Shown in pieces: positions 10,041-20,226 of a DNA stretch of 32,051 bases. How positions within the stretch are numbered: the first letter of the stretch is position 1; every line of letters starts with the position of its first letter. The notes under the pieces are model-generated. The model was not told the origin of the DNA. It searched no databases and saw nothing but the letters and a program-made list of their open reading frames with translations. The stretch comes from Octopus bimaculoides (lineage: Eukaryota). The stretch spans positions 12,267,035-12,299,085 of the forward strand of contig NC_069008.1 of assembly GCF_001194135.2 (NCBI RefSeq), read 5' to 3'. Position numbers and translations under genes: made by a program.

Positions 10041-10610
10041 GATGAAGGATTCTGTCATACTTAGGTGACTAAATTAGCATCGGAGGAGGGTGTTCTGAAA
10101 GTGTAAATGCTAGAAGAATAATTGGAGGAAGAAAATTCAGAGAACTTTTTCCTCTTTTGGCAACAAAAGGTCTCTCTCAGAGTGAAAGGCAAATTGAATG
10201 ATGCTTGTTTATGAACAGCAATGCGACATGGTAGTGAGAAGTGGGCCCTGAATGCAGAGGATATGTGAAGACTAAAGAATGAAGCTAGTAAGCTCTGTTG
10301 GATGTGCAATGTCAGTGTGCATGTCCAATAAAGTGCAAATGTGTTGAGAAAAACATTAGGAATAAAAGGAATCAGATATAGTGTACAAGAGTGAAAACTA
10401 TATTGGTTTGGTCATGTGATGCATATGGATGAGAACAGCTATGTAAAGAAATGACAATTGCTTTAAGTGGATGCAATTTGTAGAGGAGTGAGACCCAAGA
10501 AGACATGGGACGAAATAGTGAAGGCAGATCCTTATAGAAGAGATGAGAAAGAATTGAGATGATTGGTGATTTGATGTGCTTGAAAAAACCCATCTTGTGC
10601 GTGTAAGGGC
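10041..10610 (+). mobile_element. RTE-clade LINE ORF2 3' fragment (decayed)
   Basis: LGD*ISIGGGCSESVNAR..GGRKFRELFPLLATKG..RVKGKL..AC..HGSEKW...WMCNV...WFGHVM.MDE...RPKKTWDEIVKAD with stops and shifts. Confidence 0.8.
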
Positions 10611-10749
10611 CCTGCCCCACTCTTTTTTTCTACTCTCAAGCATTTCCCCCATATCGCACCCCACTAACAATTATCATTCCTCTAGAATGTCACTCAGGTG
10701 CTATCATCACCTGAGAGCACAATGAGCACATATTACATTCTCTACCCTT

Positions 10750-11005
10750 GTGGAGGTGCATGGCTTAGTGGTTAGGGTGTTGGATTCATGATTGAAAGAT
10801 TGTGGTTTCAATTCCTGGACCGGGCAACGCATTGTGTTCTTGAACAAAACATTTTATTTCGCATTGTTCCAATCCACTCAGCTGGTAAAAATAAGGAATC
10901 CTGTAACAGATTAGTGTCCCATTCAGGTGAGGAATTTATATGCCATGAAACCAGCCTTTATGAGTTGGTACAACTCAAGACGGTAACTTTACCTAACTTT
11001 TACTT
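10750..11005 (+). mobile_element. tRNA-derived SINE family III with tail type Y
   Basis: Same head and core as 2452-2777 (GGTGCATGGCTTAGTGG; TCCACTCAGCTGG) but a different tail (GTCCCATTCAGGTGAGG..ATATGCCATGAAACC). Confidence 0.75.
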
Positions 11006-11044
11006 TTTTTCCTTCCTTGTTTACCTACCCCACAGGAATCTGTG

Positions 11045-11190
11045 GTGTTGAGAAGGGCATCCAACCATAAAACCTCTTCCAAAATAGACAGTGAAGCCTG
11101 GTGCAATCTTTTGCCTTGCCAGCCCCTGTCAAACCATCTAACCCATGCCAGCTGGGAAAGCAGACATTAAGTGTTAATGATGATGATGAT
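11045..11190 (+). mobile_element. RTE-like 3' tail
   Basis: GGTGTTGAGAAGGGCATCC...ACCCATGCCAGC...ATTAAG...(GAT)4. Confidence 0.7.
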
Positions 11191-11310
11191 CCCTGCCTAC
11201 ACTATTTTCACCAATCACCTCCTATCAATACCTTCAGTTATCTCTTGGTCTCCTCTGCCATACTCCACTTTAAACACCACTCTTATCTGCTATCATTATT
11301 GATACCCTCT

Positions 11311-11516
11311 GAAGGCAGTGATCTCGCAGAATCATTAGCACACTGGGCAAAATGCTTAGCAGTATTTTTTGTTTGCCCCTACGTTCTGAGTTCAAATTCT
11401 GCCCTGGTTGACTTTGCCTTTCTTCCTCTTGGGGTCGATAAACTAAGTACCAGTGAAACATTTGGGTCGATCTAATTGACTAGTCTCCACCCCCCAAATT
11501 TCTTATAGTAGAAAGG
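11311..11516 (+). mobile_element. SINE family IV (GCCTTTC..CC...GGGGTCGATAAA core) with a 16-bp TSD
   Basis: B box GAGTTCAAATTC; TSD ATTATTGATACCCTCT (11295-11310) and ATTATCAATACCCTCT (11517-11532). Confidence 0.8.
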
Positions 11517-12079
11517 ATTATCAATACCCTCTCATATCTACCATCTACCCCCGCCTCTATATCTGTCTCCACTATTCCTACACCTTGCACATTATTCATC
11601 AACTTTCTGATTTAATCTCCTCCCTGGACCATTCATCTTTCTCACTTTACTTCTCTCCATACTGGTATCTCCCATCAACCACATCTTCACTCTTATAAAC
11701 CACTTGCTACATTCACCTCTACCCTGCATCTATTACTCTCCCCGCACACTCTTATGAAATTACCCCTCTACCCCAAGATTCGGTCTGTATCCTCTCTTAT
11801 ACCCACCTTCCTGTATCCTAAGATGCTCTGGCATCCCACCACCACCACCATCACCACATCTATCTTCTTTCCTGCTTCTCCCACCCACCCTTATATAATG
11901 TAGGGCAGCCTTGTATCCCCTCTTTATTAAGACTCCTGGGTTTGTCCTTCTATCACACTTAAGCCTCTCAACCCCTGACATAGAGGCAGAAAGTCACTGG
12001 CCCTAATCCTTTCACATACTAACCCCATTTCCACATTTAGCTGAGGAGGCTTTTTCCTTCTGGTTTTTGTCTTACAAGT

Positions 12080-12270
12080 TAGTTGGTGCTCCCCGTCCAC
12101 TTGTGCAGCAGCACGAAAAAAAAAAGCACCTTGTAAAGTGTAAATTAATAAGGGCATCCAGGTGTAGAAACCCTACCAAAGCTGACATAGGAACTTACGT
12201 GGCTCACCAGATTCTTGTAAACTTGTTCAACCCATGCCAGCATGGAAAATGAGTGTTAAATTAAGATGAT
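12080..12270 (+). mobile_element. RTE-like 3' tail element
   Basis: GCACG(A)nGCACC...AAGGGCATCCAGGTGTAGAAAC...AACCCATGCCAGCATGGAAAATG..GTTAAA; preceded by a long pyrimidine-rich stretch. Confidence 0.65.
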
Positions 12271-12282
12271 TTTATATATAAA

Positions 12283-12470
12283 TATATTACATACACAACA
12301 CACATTTATGTATATATCTATATATTACATGCACAACACACATTTATGTATATATATATATATATATATTACATGCACAACACACATTTATGTATATATA
12401 TATATATTACATACACAATACACATTTATGTATATATATATATTGCATACACAATACACATTTATGCACA
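12283..12470. repeat. Minisatellite, ~5 copies of ~36-42 bp
   Basis: Unit TATATTACAT(A/G)CACAA(C/T)ACACATTTATG(TA)n. Confidence 0.85.
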
Positions 12471-12524
12471 TATGCCTAAAGGAGGGTAAACATGAACACA
12501 GCACTCATACATATGTAATGGTCT

Positions 12525-12675
12525 TCTTTCTGTTTTCCTCCACTCACAAGACTTTCATCAGTCCAATGCTATAGTAGAAGACATTTGCCCAAGATGTGCT
12601 TCTGCAATGGGACTGAATTTGAACCAACATGGCTGGCAAGCAAGATTGTTAACCACACAACTAAACCTGCACCTA
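12525..12675 (-). mobile_element. Degenerate SINE family I head
   Basis: Reverse complement contains GGTTCAAATTCAGTCCCA...TCTTGGGCAAATGTCTTCTACTATAGC. Confidence 0.6.
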
Positions 12676-12699
12676 ACCAATGTTAGAAATTAATGCATG

Positions 12700-13275
12700 A
12701 GCAAAAGGACCATTTCTATGAAGTTCCTCAATAGAAAGCATACCTCTATAACAAATGACTGTAATCTTGTTCTGATGGTTGGCAGCATTATTGGAGATGT
12801 TGAGCAATGCCACGATGGATAGTTGTTGGCACTCCATCGCTTACGACGTCGAGGGTTCCAGTTGATCCGATCAACGGAACAGCCTGCTCGTGAAATTAAC
12901 GTGCAAGTGGCTGAGCACTCCACAGACATGTGTACCCTTAACGTAGTTCTCGGGGATATTCAGCGTGACACAGTGTGACAAGGTTGGCCCCTTTGAATTA
13001 CAGGCACAACAGAAACAGGAAGTAAGAGTGAGAGAAAGTTGTGGTGAAAGTGTACAGCAGGGTTCGCCACCATCCCCTGCCGGAGCCTCGTGGAGCTTTA
13101 GGTGTTTTCGCTCAATAAACACTCACAACATCCGGTCTGGGAATCGAAACCGTGATCCTATGACTGTGAGTCCGCTGCCCTAACCACTGGGCCAATTGTG
13201 CCTCCACCGAGATGGATAGTATGTTGTAGACAAAGGATATGGTACAAGGAACAAAGAGGTGTGAAGAATCTTAGA
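12700..13275 (+). mobile_element. RTE LINE apurinic-endonuclease fragment interrupted by a SINE
   Basis: After removing the SINE the flanks translate as EQKDHFYEV...NDCNLVLMVG..IGDVEQCHDG*YVVDKGYGTRNKEV*RIL. Confidence 0.6.
12824..13207 (-). mobile_element. SINE family II with tail X and a 10-bp TSD
   Basis: Reverse complement closely matches 8736-9123; TSD GATGGATAGT at 12814-12823 and 13211-13220. Confidence 0.9.
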
Positions 13276-13689
13276 ATTAATTTTTTGATACAAATAATCT
13301 AAACATTTGCATCACTAATTTCTGGAAACTGCTTTGATACTCGATAATTTGAGCAAACATGCAAGCAAAGTCAGTTTTGTACTCATCAAAAATGTAAGGG
13401 ACAATTTTGTTGTAAACACTGTTTTTGATGGCGAAGAATGAATGTAGCACTCAATATAGACTAGTGAGTAATGAATTAGCATTAGGTGGACCCAGACAAA
13501 CAAAACTATCTGGGGGTGGGGGAAGAGGATTTTGAAACTGAATGGTGCCACTGCTAGAAATAGGTCAAGAGATGTCCTAATGAGCATATATGTTGACAAA
13601 GAGGAGGAGGAGGAGGAGGCAGAGACAGTAATATAAGAGAACTGGGTCTTTGTACAAGACAACCTGCTGTAAGCCACAAAACAGATTCA

Positions 13690-14100
13690 TAATGACAAAG
13701 GTATTTTATTAGATTCTTCATGATTATCTAAATCAGTTGAAGTAAAAGCTGTGTATGGTAACAAAAGGGCTAAAGTGATCTAAATTAAAACTTTCCATCA
13801 AGATTTCAAGTTAATTTGTTCCAAACACCAACTTAATAATGACAAAGTTTTTTTTTTCTTTTTTTAACTAAAGTCTTCATTATTTTCAAACTTAACTGAA
13901 ACAAAACCAGTGTAATTCAATAGAAATACAGTAACAAAAGGGTTAGTGATCTAAATTTAAACTTTCCAACAAAATTTCACGTTATGTTCCAGACACCAAC
14001 TTGTTTTATGGCAATTTATTTTATTAGATTCTTCTTTATTTTCAAAAGTAACAAACAAAAGTAATGCATTTCAATAGAAATAAAGTAACAAAAGTGTAAA
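13690..14100. repeat. Tandem array, ~2.6 copies of a ~150-170-bp unit
   Basis: Recurring TAATGACAAAG..., GGTAACAAAAGGG(C/T)TA, GTGATCTAAATT.AAACTTTCCA and TTCCA.ACACCAACTT. Confidence 0.75.
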
Positions 14101-14774
14101 AGAAACTTAATCCAAATATATTTCAATTAACTTCAGCCAGACTGAGATTTATTTCTCCTTAACATGGTTACATAACAAAGCCCAAACTCCTTATTTACAA
14201 TTGTAGATGTTAGAGTGTTCAGTTTTCAACTGAAAATTTTCTCGGTGTTTGTCAATGAATGAGGAATACTGAGAAAATTATCTTCCACACAATGGTAACA
14301 GCATTACCCAGAACATCAACAATTAATTTCCCTATTTATAAAACTTGAAATATCTTTTATTTGCCTTGTGTTGTCAGGTTATTAGTTCTAGACATCAAAA
14401 TTAATACACTATCACACATGTAAATGTTCATTTGTGGATTTGATAAATGGAAACTTAAAGAAGCCCAATTATGTGTGTGAAGCAGTGATAGAAAGCAAAC
14501 AAACTGAAGACCAGTTCAAATATGTTGGGAAGATACTTGAACCTTTAAAAGCTTTTCACTGCTGATTGTCATGGAGAAAAAATCCTCACTTAAAACAAAA
14601 GAAGGTATAAAAAATACCACAGTTAGCAAAGAGCTCCTTCTGAAAGCATTTCAAAGTTGTTCATTCTCTTCAGCAGCAGATACCAAGAGAGACAACACTA
14701 CACTGATTTCACGACCAACTGTAGGGAAAAGCCTTAATATCTCTTAAACATATTTGAACTGATCCCCATTTTAA

Positions 14775-14993
14775 CCCTTTAGCATTCAGATTATTCTATC
14801 AAATGCAATACTTATTCACCCATATTGTTTTAACCTAATCATTCGTTATTTCGTAGCTTCAAGGTTTCGACAATGTTATCACTTATTTTTAAATTGACAT
14901 TATAGGTTGGTGTGAGATACCAAATCTGGGCAGTTTTAACATAAAACAGGTAGATTATTTGGGCCAGATATGGCCAGTTTAAACACTAAAGGG
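14775..14993. mobile_element. piggyBac-type MITE
   Basis: TTAA|CCCTTTAG ... CTAAAGGG|TTAA; TTAA TSDs at 14771-14774 and 14994-14997. Confidence 0.8.
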
Positions 14994-14997
14994 TTAA

Positions 14998-15040
<43 letters not shown>

Positions 15041-15061
15041 TACACACGCACATACATATCC

Positions 15062-15310
15062 ATGTGTGTGTGTTTGTCTCTCTTAGTTTGTGACATCATG
15101 TGAGGATTATAAACAATTGTCAATATCATGCAATCAGTGTCCTTCTTTTCCAATCTTCTATGAAAATATGTCCAGTCATGGAGAAATATTACCTTGCTTG
15201 GAAACCGGGTTGGTGACAGGTAGAGAACCTGGCCAGAGACAACCTACCTCAATGAATTCCATTTGACCCACTCAAGTGCAAAAAAAGGAATGTTACAGCA
15301 ATGATGATGT
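15062..15310 (+). mobile_element. Non-autonomous retroposon with RTE-like tail
   Basis: GAAAATATGTCCAGTCATGGAGAAATATTACCTTGCTTGGAAAC..GGTTGGTGACAGG...GATGATG; homologous to 331-450 and 1140-1365. Confidence 0.6.
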
Positions 15311-16129
15311 TGTTATATTACTTTTTCGGATCTAACAGGGTAGAATTTACCTTCGGTACAAATACATTTCTATCTAGTTATGGTATTTGTCAAAGCGAAT
15401 AATTTAGTGCTCAGGGTTTTTCACTCACAGTTGCAAGATTGTGGTTTTGATTCCTGGACTGAGCAATCACTTTGTAGTGGTAGATATATAGTTGAATGAT
15501 CTCCCTTGCAAGAAAGACCAGAAAATAACCTCCCTTTCTAAGTTTCTCGAAGCATCGATGTCATGAAACTTAATTATTCAAGAAGTTTGGCATTTCTTTT
15601 GGCAGGTCCTAGAATGTCTAGCATTCCATTAATAAAAACACCTTGCTAACCCAGCTTTTTGTTTCTTAGTCGATTAGACTTAGAGCAGCCATTCATGTCA
15701 TTGCTATGTCAGTCTATTTCTCTATGCTTCGTAGCTGATATAACTGAGAGCCACCACTTCACTGTTTTACATTTCCTATCTCTACACTTTCTTGCATAAG
15801 ATTACTTCATTCAACTAATTTCTACAATTTGATTCCATGTATTATCACCGAAAGCAGAATCAAATTTATTTTTATGTAGTAAATATATAAATCTTGCATT
15901 TATTCTTTCATCTCTGTATGAACTCCTGTGATAACATACACGCAGCCACATCAAACACATTGTACTATATATATTTCACTACAACTTCGACAACTGATGA
16001 GTGACACACCTTGCATTTGTATCTGTAATATTGATTTGATGGAGGGAATAAACAAACGTACAGTACAAACATTTGATCATAATAAACGAATCCTCTGTGT
16101 AGGCTGTTCAGCAAGAAATTTACAGAACT

Positions 16130-16268
16130 TTCATGTTGTTTACAATGGGTAAGTCCACCAGGTATGGTATGTTTCTGAGAGAATGCTAAACCAGATATCA
16201 CAGGGGCATGGTTTCTCTCCTGTAAGAATTCATTTGTGTTTAGTTAATCACCTCTTTCCATCAATGAT
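16130..16268 (-). pseudogene. Decayed zinc fingers 13-14 downstream of the ZF2 stop
   Basis: After the TAA the minus strand continues ...*LTKHK*ILTGEKPCPCDIW..., followed by GLAFSQ in a shifted frame. Confidence 0.8.
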
Positions 16269-17321
16269 TTACAATGTATCACAATGAGATGGCTTCCTTC
16301 CTGTATGAGTATGATTGTGTCTAGTTAAGTTACCTCTCTGCGAAAAAGATTTACCACAAATATTACAGTGATATGGCTTTTCTCCTGTATGAATACGCTT
16401 GTGCCTAATTAAGACATTACTTTCAGAGAACGATATACCACAGATATCACAGCGATGTGGCTTCTCTCCTGTATGTGCACGTTTGTGTATAGTTAAAGTA
16501 TTTCTCCGAGAGAATGATTTACTACAGATATCACAATAATATGGTTTTTCTCCTCTATGAATACGTTTGTGTGTAGTTAGGTTACAACTTAGAGAGAAGG
16601 ATTTACCACAGATATCACAGTGATATGGCTTCTCTCCTGTATGACTACGTTTGTGAGAAGCTAAGCAACTGGTTCCAGAGAAAGATTTACCACAGATATC
16701 ACAGTGATATGGTTTCTCTCCAGTATGAATACGTTTGTGAGAAGCTAAACAACCTGTTTCAGAGAATGAATTACCACAGATTTCACATTGATATGGTTTC
16801 TCTCCTGTATGAATGCGTTTGTGTTTAGTTAAGCTATCACATCGAGAGAATGATTTACCACAGATATCACAGTGATATGGTTTTTCTCCTGTGTGACTAC
16901 GCTTATGAGAAGTTAAGTTACTACATTGAAAGAATGATTTACCACAGACATCACAATAATATGCTTTCTCTCCTGTATGAATACATTTGTGTTTAACCAA
17001 GTCACTACTTCCAGCAAATGATACATCACAGACATCACACTGGTATGGTTTCTCTCCTGTATGAATACGTTTATGTCTAGTTATGTGATGTCTCTGAGAA
17101 AATGACTTACCACATATATCACAGCAGTATGGCTTCTCTCCTGTATGACTATGCTTGTGAGAAGTTAAGCTATGACTTTGAGAGAATGATTTACCACAGA
17201 TATCACATTGATATGGTTTCTCTCCTGTATGAGTACGTTTGTGTATAGTTAATACAGCACTTTGAGAAAACAATCTACCACAGATATCACAGTGATATGA
17301 TTTTCTCATTCCTTTTGACAT
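16269..17321 (-). CDS. C2H2 zinc-finger protein, 12 tandem fingers (ZF2)
   Basis: 350-aa ORF: MSKGMRKS, then 12 x 28-aa C2H2 units with TGEKP-type linkers, then a truncated 13th finger (SHCDTL*). Confidence 0.9.
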   Translation of the reverse strand: MSKGMRKSYHCDICGRLFSQSAVLTIHKRTHTGEKPYQCDICGKSFSQSHSLTSHKHSHTGEKPYCCDICGKSFSQRHHITRHKRIHTGEKPYQCDVCDVSFAGSSDLVKHKCIHTGEKAYYCDVCGKSFFQCSNLTSHKRSHTGEKPYHCDICGKSFSRCDSLTKHKRIHTGEKPYQCEICGNSFSETGCLASHKRIHTGEKPYHCDICGKSFSGTSCLASHKRSHTGEKPYHCDICGKSFSLSCNLTTHKRIHRGEKPYYCDICSKSFSRRNTLTIHKRAHTGEKPHRCDICGISFSESNVLIRHKRIHTGEKPYHCNICGKSFSQRGNLTRHNHTHTGRKPSHCDTL

Positions 17322-17362
17322 TTTTCAGGAAAAATTAAACTTTCATGTCTCTAACATGGTTC

Positions 17363-17666
17363 TTCTTCTTTTGCGCTGTTTTAAAGTCTAGCCAGGCTCA
17401 TGGGCCCGGTTTCCTGGTTTCTATGGCATATGTGTTCCCCACCAGTTGGACAGGATGCCAGTCCATCGCAGCTTTACTCAAGAAACAGGAAGAAAGAGTG
17501 AGAGAAAATTGGGGTGAAAGAGTACAGCAGGAGTCACCACCACCCCACTGCTGGAGCTTTAGACATTTTTGCTCAATAAGCACACAAAACGCCCAGTCTG
17601 GGAATTGAAACCGCAATCTCCGACCGTGAGTCCACTGCCCTAACTACTGGGCCATTGCGCCTCCAC
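17363..17666 (-). mobile_element. SINE family II with tail type Y and a 10-bp TSD, inserted ~30-40 bp upstream of the ZF2 ATG
   Basis: Head GTGGAGGCGCAATGGCCCAG on the minus strand, (AAG)n end, and TSD AACATGGTTC at 17353-17362 and 17667-17676. Confidence 0.9.
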
Positions 17667-17884
17667 AACATGGTTCATTTTCGTATTATTTTCCTTCTCT
17701 GACCACAATATGCAGACAATTTTCTTGGTTCCAAATTTTTAATACTTTATTTATGACAACTTTTATTTCAACTTTCTATATTTCCATCATTTGTGGTCTT
17801 CACTGATGCCTGAAGATTCAGTAAGATTCTTTTGTAAGTCAAACTAACTGTAATTTGCAGAAATTGTAGATAGTGAGAAAGAGA

Positions 17885-18088
17885 AATATTGGTTTCAAAT
17901 TTAGGCACAAGGCCAGCAATTTCAAGGGAAGGGGGTTAAGTCGATTAATTGGTACTTATTTAATTGACCCCGAAAGGGTGAAAGGCAAAGTTGACCTCAG
18001 CAGAATTTGAACTCAGAATGTAAAGATGGATGAAATACTGCAAAGCATTTTGCCCGGCTTGCTAACAATTCTGCCAGCATGCTGTGCT
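17885..18088 (-). mobile_element. SINE family IV
   Basis: Reverse complement GAGTTCAAATTCTGCTGAGGTCAACTTTGCCTTTCACCCTTTCGGGGTCAATTAAATAAGTACC; matches 11311-11516. Confidence 0.8.
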
Positions 18089-18360
18089 AGTGTGATAGAG
18101 AAATATTGCTATTATTTTAAGTTCAGAAGCAATATCTTACAAGAATTTATAAAAAAAAAAGGTTTATATCTGTTTCGTCTAACATTTTCCTTCAGTTTTT
18201 AAAAGATGATCAATGTTGATGATGATGTATCTGATGTAAATAATTCCTTTGGGCCAATGTCTTTTTATAATCTGAAATAATAGAGAAACAACAGTGTGAA
18301 ACAGAGAAGATACTGAAGAAAGATAGGCATGAGACGTTTTACGAAATTTCTATAAAGATG

Positions 18361-18546
18361 GGTGCAGACATAGCTGTGTAGTTAAGAAATTTGATTCACA
18401 AGCGTGTGGTCTTGGGTTCAGTCCTACTGTGCAGTACCTTGAATCTTCTACTTTAGCTCTGGGATAACCAAAGCCTTTTGAGTGGATTTGGTAGATGGAA
18501 ACTGAAAGAAGCCTGTCATGTAGTCATACATATAAATATATATATA
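18361..18546 (+). mobile_element. SINE family I 5' half running into a gap
   Basis: GGGTTCAGTCCTACTGTGC...AAAGCCTTTTGAGTGGATTTGGTAGATGGAAACTGAAAGAAGCC. Confidence 0.75.
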
Positions 18547-18841
18547 NNNNNNNNNNNNNNNNNNNNNNNNNNNNNNNNNNNNNNNNNNNNNNNNNNNNNN
18601 NNNNNNNNNNNNNNNNNNNNNNNNNNNNNNNNNNNNNNNNNNNNNNNNNNNNNNNNNNNNNNNNNNNNNNNNNNNNNNNNNNNNNNNNNNNNNNNNNNNN
18701 NNNNNNNNNNNNNNNNNNNNNNNNNNNNNNNNNNNNNNNNNNNNNNNNNNNNNNNNNNNNNNNNNNNNNNNNNNNNNNNNNNNNNNNNNNNNNNNNNNNN
18801 NNNNNNNNNNNNNNNNNNNNNNNNNNNNNNNNNNNNNNNNN
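18547..18841. other. Assembly gap (295 N)
   Basis: Run of N. Confidence 1.
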
Positions 18842-18950
18842 TATATATATGCATATATTTATGTGCTACCTGTGCAGGTGGCACATAAAAAACACCATTT
18901 GAGCATGAACCAAAAGGTTCATGTCACTCTGTTCGGAGACTTTTAGAATA

Positions 18951-19155
18951 TTCTTTTGTTTCATTCATTTGACTGTAGCCATGCTGGAGCACCACCTTAA
19001 AAGGTTTTTACTCTGGGACTTATTCTTTGTAAGCTTAGCACTTATTCTATCAGTCTCTTTCACCAAACCACTAAGTTACAGGGATATAAACACACCAACA
19101 TTGGTTGTCAAGTGATGTTGGGACAAATACAGACCCACACACATAAATATATATG
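18951..19155 (-). mobile_element. SINE family I 3' half
   Basis: Reverse complement matches TTTGTCCCAACATCACTTGACAACC...GAATAAGT..GGTGCTCCAGCATGGC...GAAACAAAAGAATA. Confidence 0.8.
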
Positions 19156-19161
19156 TATGAC

Positions 19162-19535
19162 ATATAGTCGTGGCTGCGAAGAAGATGCTTGCTTTCCAAC
19201 CACGTTTCTGGGTTCAGTCCCACTGTGTGGCACCTTGGGCAAGTACCTTCTACTATAGCCTCGAGCAGATCAAATCCTTGTGAGTAGATTTGGTAGACGG
19301 AAACTGGAAGAAGCCCATCATATACATGTATATAATTGTGTGTGTATGTGTTTTTCCCCAGCAGCGCTTGACAATTGATGCTGATGTGTTTATGTCCCTG
19401 TAACTTAGCGGTTTGGCAAAAGAGACCAATAGAATAAGTACTAGGCTTACAAAGAATAAGTCCTGGATTCGATTTCTTCAACTAACACCCATGGCCGCAG
19501 TCAAATGACTGAAACGAGTAAAAGAACAAAAGAAT
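19162..19535 (+). mobile_element. SINE family I, near full length
   Basis: Head, core and tail match 5235-5644. Confidence 0.85.
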
Positions 19536-19605
19536 ATGTATGTATATGAATATATGGACGAATGCAACAGCGTTAAGAGTGACCTACTGTTTATCCCTGT
19601 TACAA

Positions 19606-19835
19606 GTGCTGCGTGGCCGTTGCCAGTACCGTGTGACTGGCCCTAGTGCCGGTGGCACGTAAAAGAACCCACTACACTCTCTGAGTGGTTGGCGTTAGGA
19701 AGGGCATCCAGCTGTAGAAACTCTGCCAGATCAGATTGGAGCCTGGTGCAGCCTTCTGACTTGCCAGTCCTCAGTCAAATCGTCCAATCCATGCTAGCAT
19801 GGAAAGTGGACGTTAAACGATGATGATGATGATGA
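19606..19835 (+). mobile_element. Retroposon with RTE-like tail, well preserved
   Basis: GGCACGTAAAAGAACCCACTACACTCTCTGAGTGGTTGGCGTTAGGAAGGGCATCCAGCTGTAGAAAC...GGACGTTAAAC(GAT)5. Confidence 0.8.
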
Positions 19836-19838
19836 ATC

Positions 19839-19974
19839 TCTAATCATATGTGGTGATTGCTAATAAAACCTAATGACTACAAAGTTTAGTGTGAGTTAAA
19901 GAAATTTTCAAGAGATATATATATATTTTCGATGGTAACTTGACAATCATTAGCAATCACCACATATGGTTAGA
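19839..19974. repeat. 136-bp foldback with 26-bp arms
   Basis: 19839-19864 (TCTAATCATATGTGGTGATTGCTAAT) pairs with 19949-19974 with 1 mismatch. Confidence 0.85.
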
Positions 19975-20226
19975 AGTTATTGATAATATCACAGCACTTG
20001 TATCAAGTACTAACAGAAGGCCACTCTTAATGTTGCATTCGTCCATGCCAAGAGCAAAGTAAACATCTAATTATTTGTGGTGCATGAATTTACATTCATT
20101 TATCTCTACGATGACGTTTCTTCCAGTTTCTGCAGAATGGTTGATAGATCACCGAAACATTTTTGAAACAATTTCGGAGTAAACTTTCCGTTTCATTCTC
20201 AAGTTTAGTCGAATTCTAACGAAAAT

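Noticed and set aside
14490-14560. EDQFKYVGRYL, a LINE RT-like motif
   Set aside because: Too short, with no supporting flanking motifs.
16269-17321. Regular 84-bp periodic repeats resembling a CRISPR array
   Set aside because: They are tandem C2H2 finger codons in a eukaryotic gene; there are no unique spacers or cas genes.
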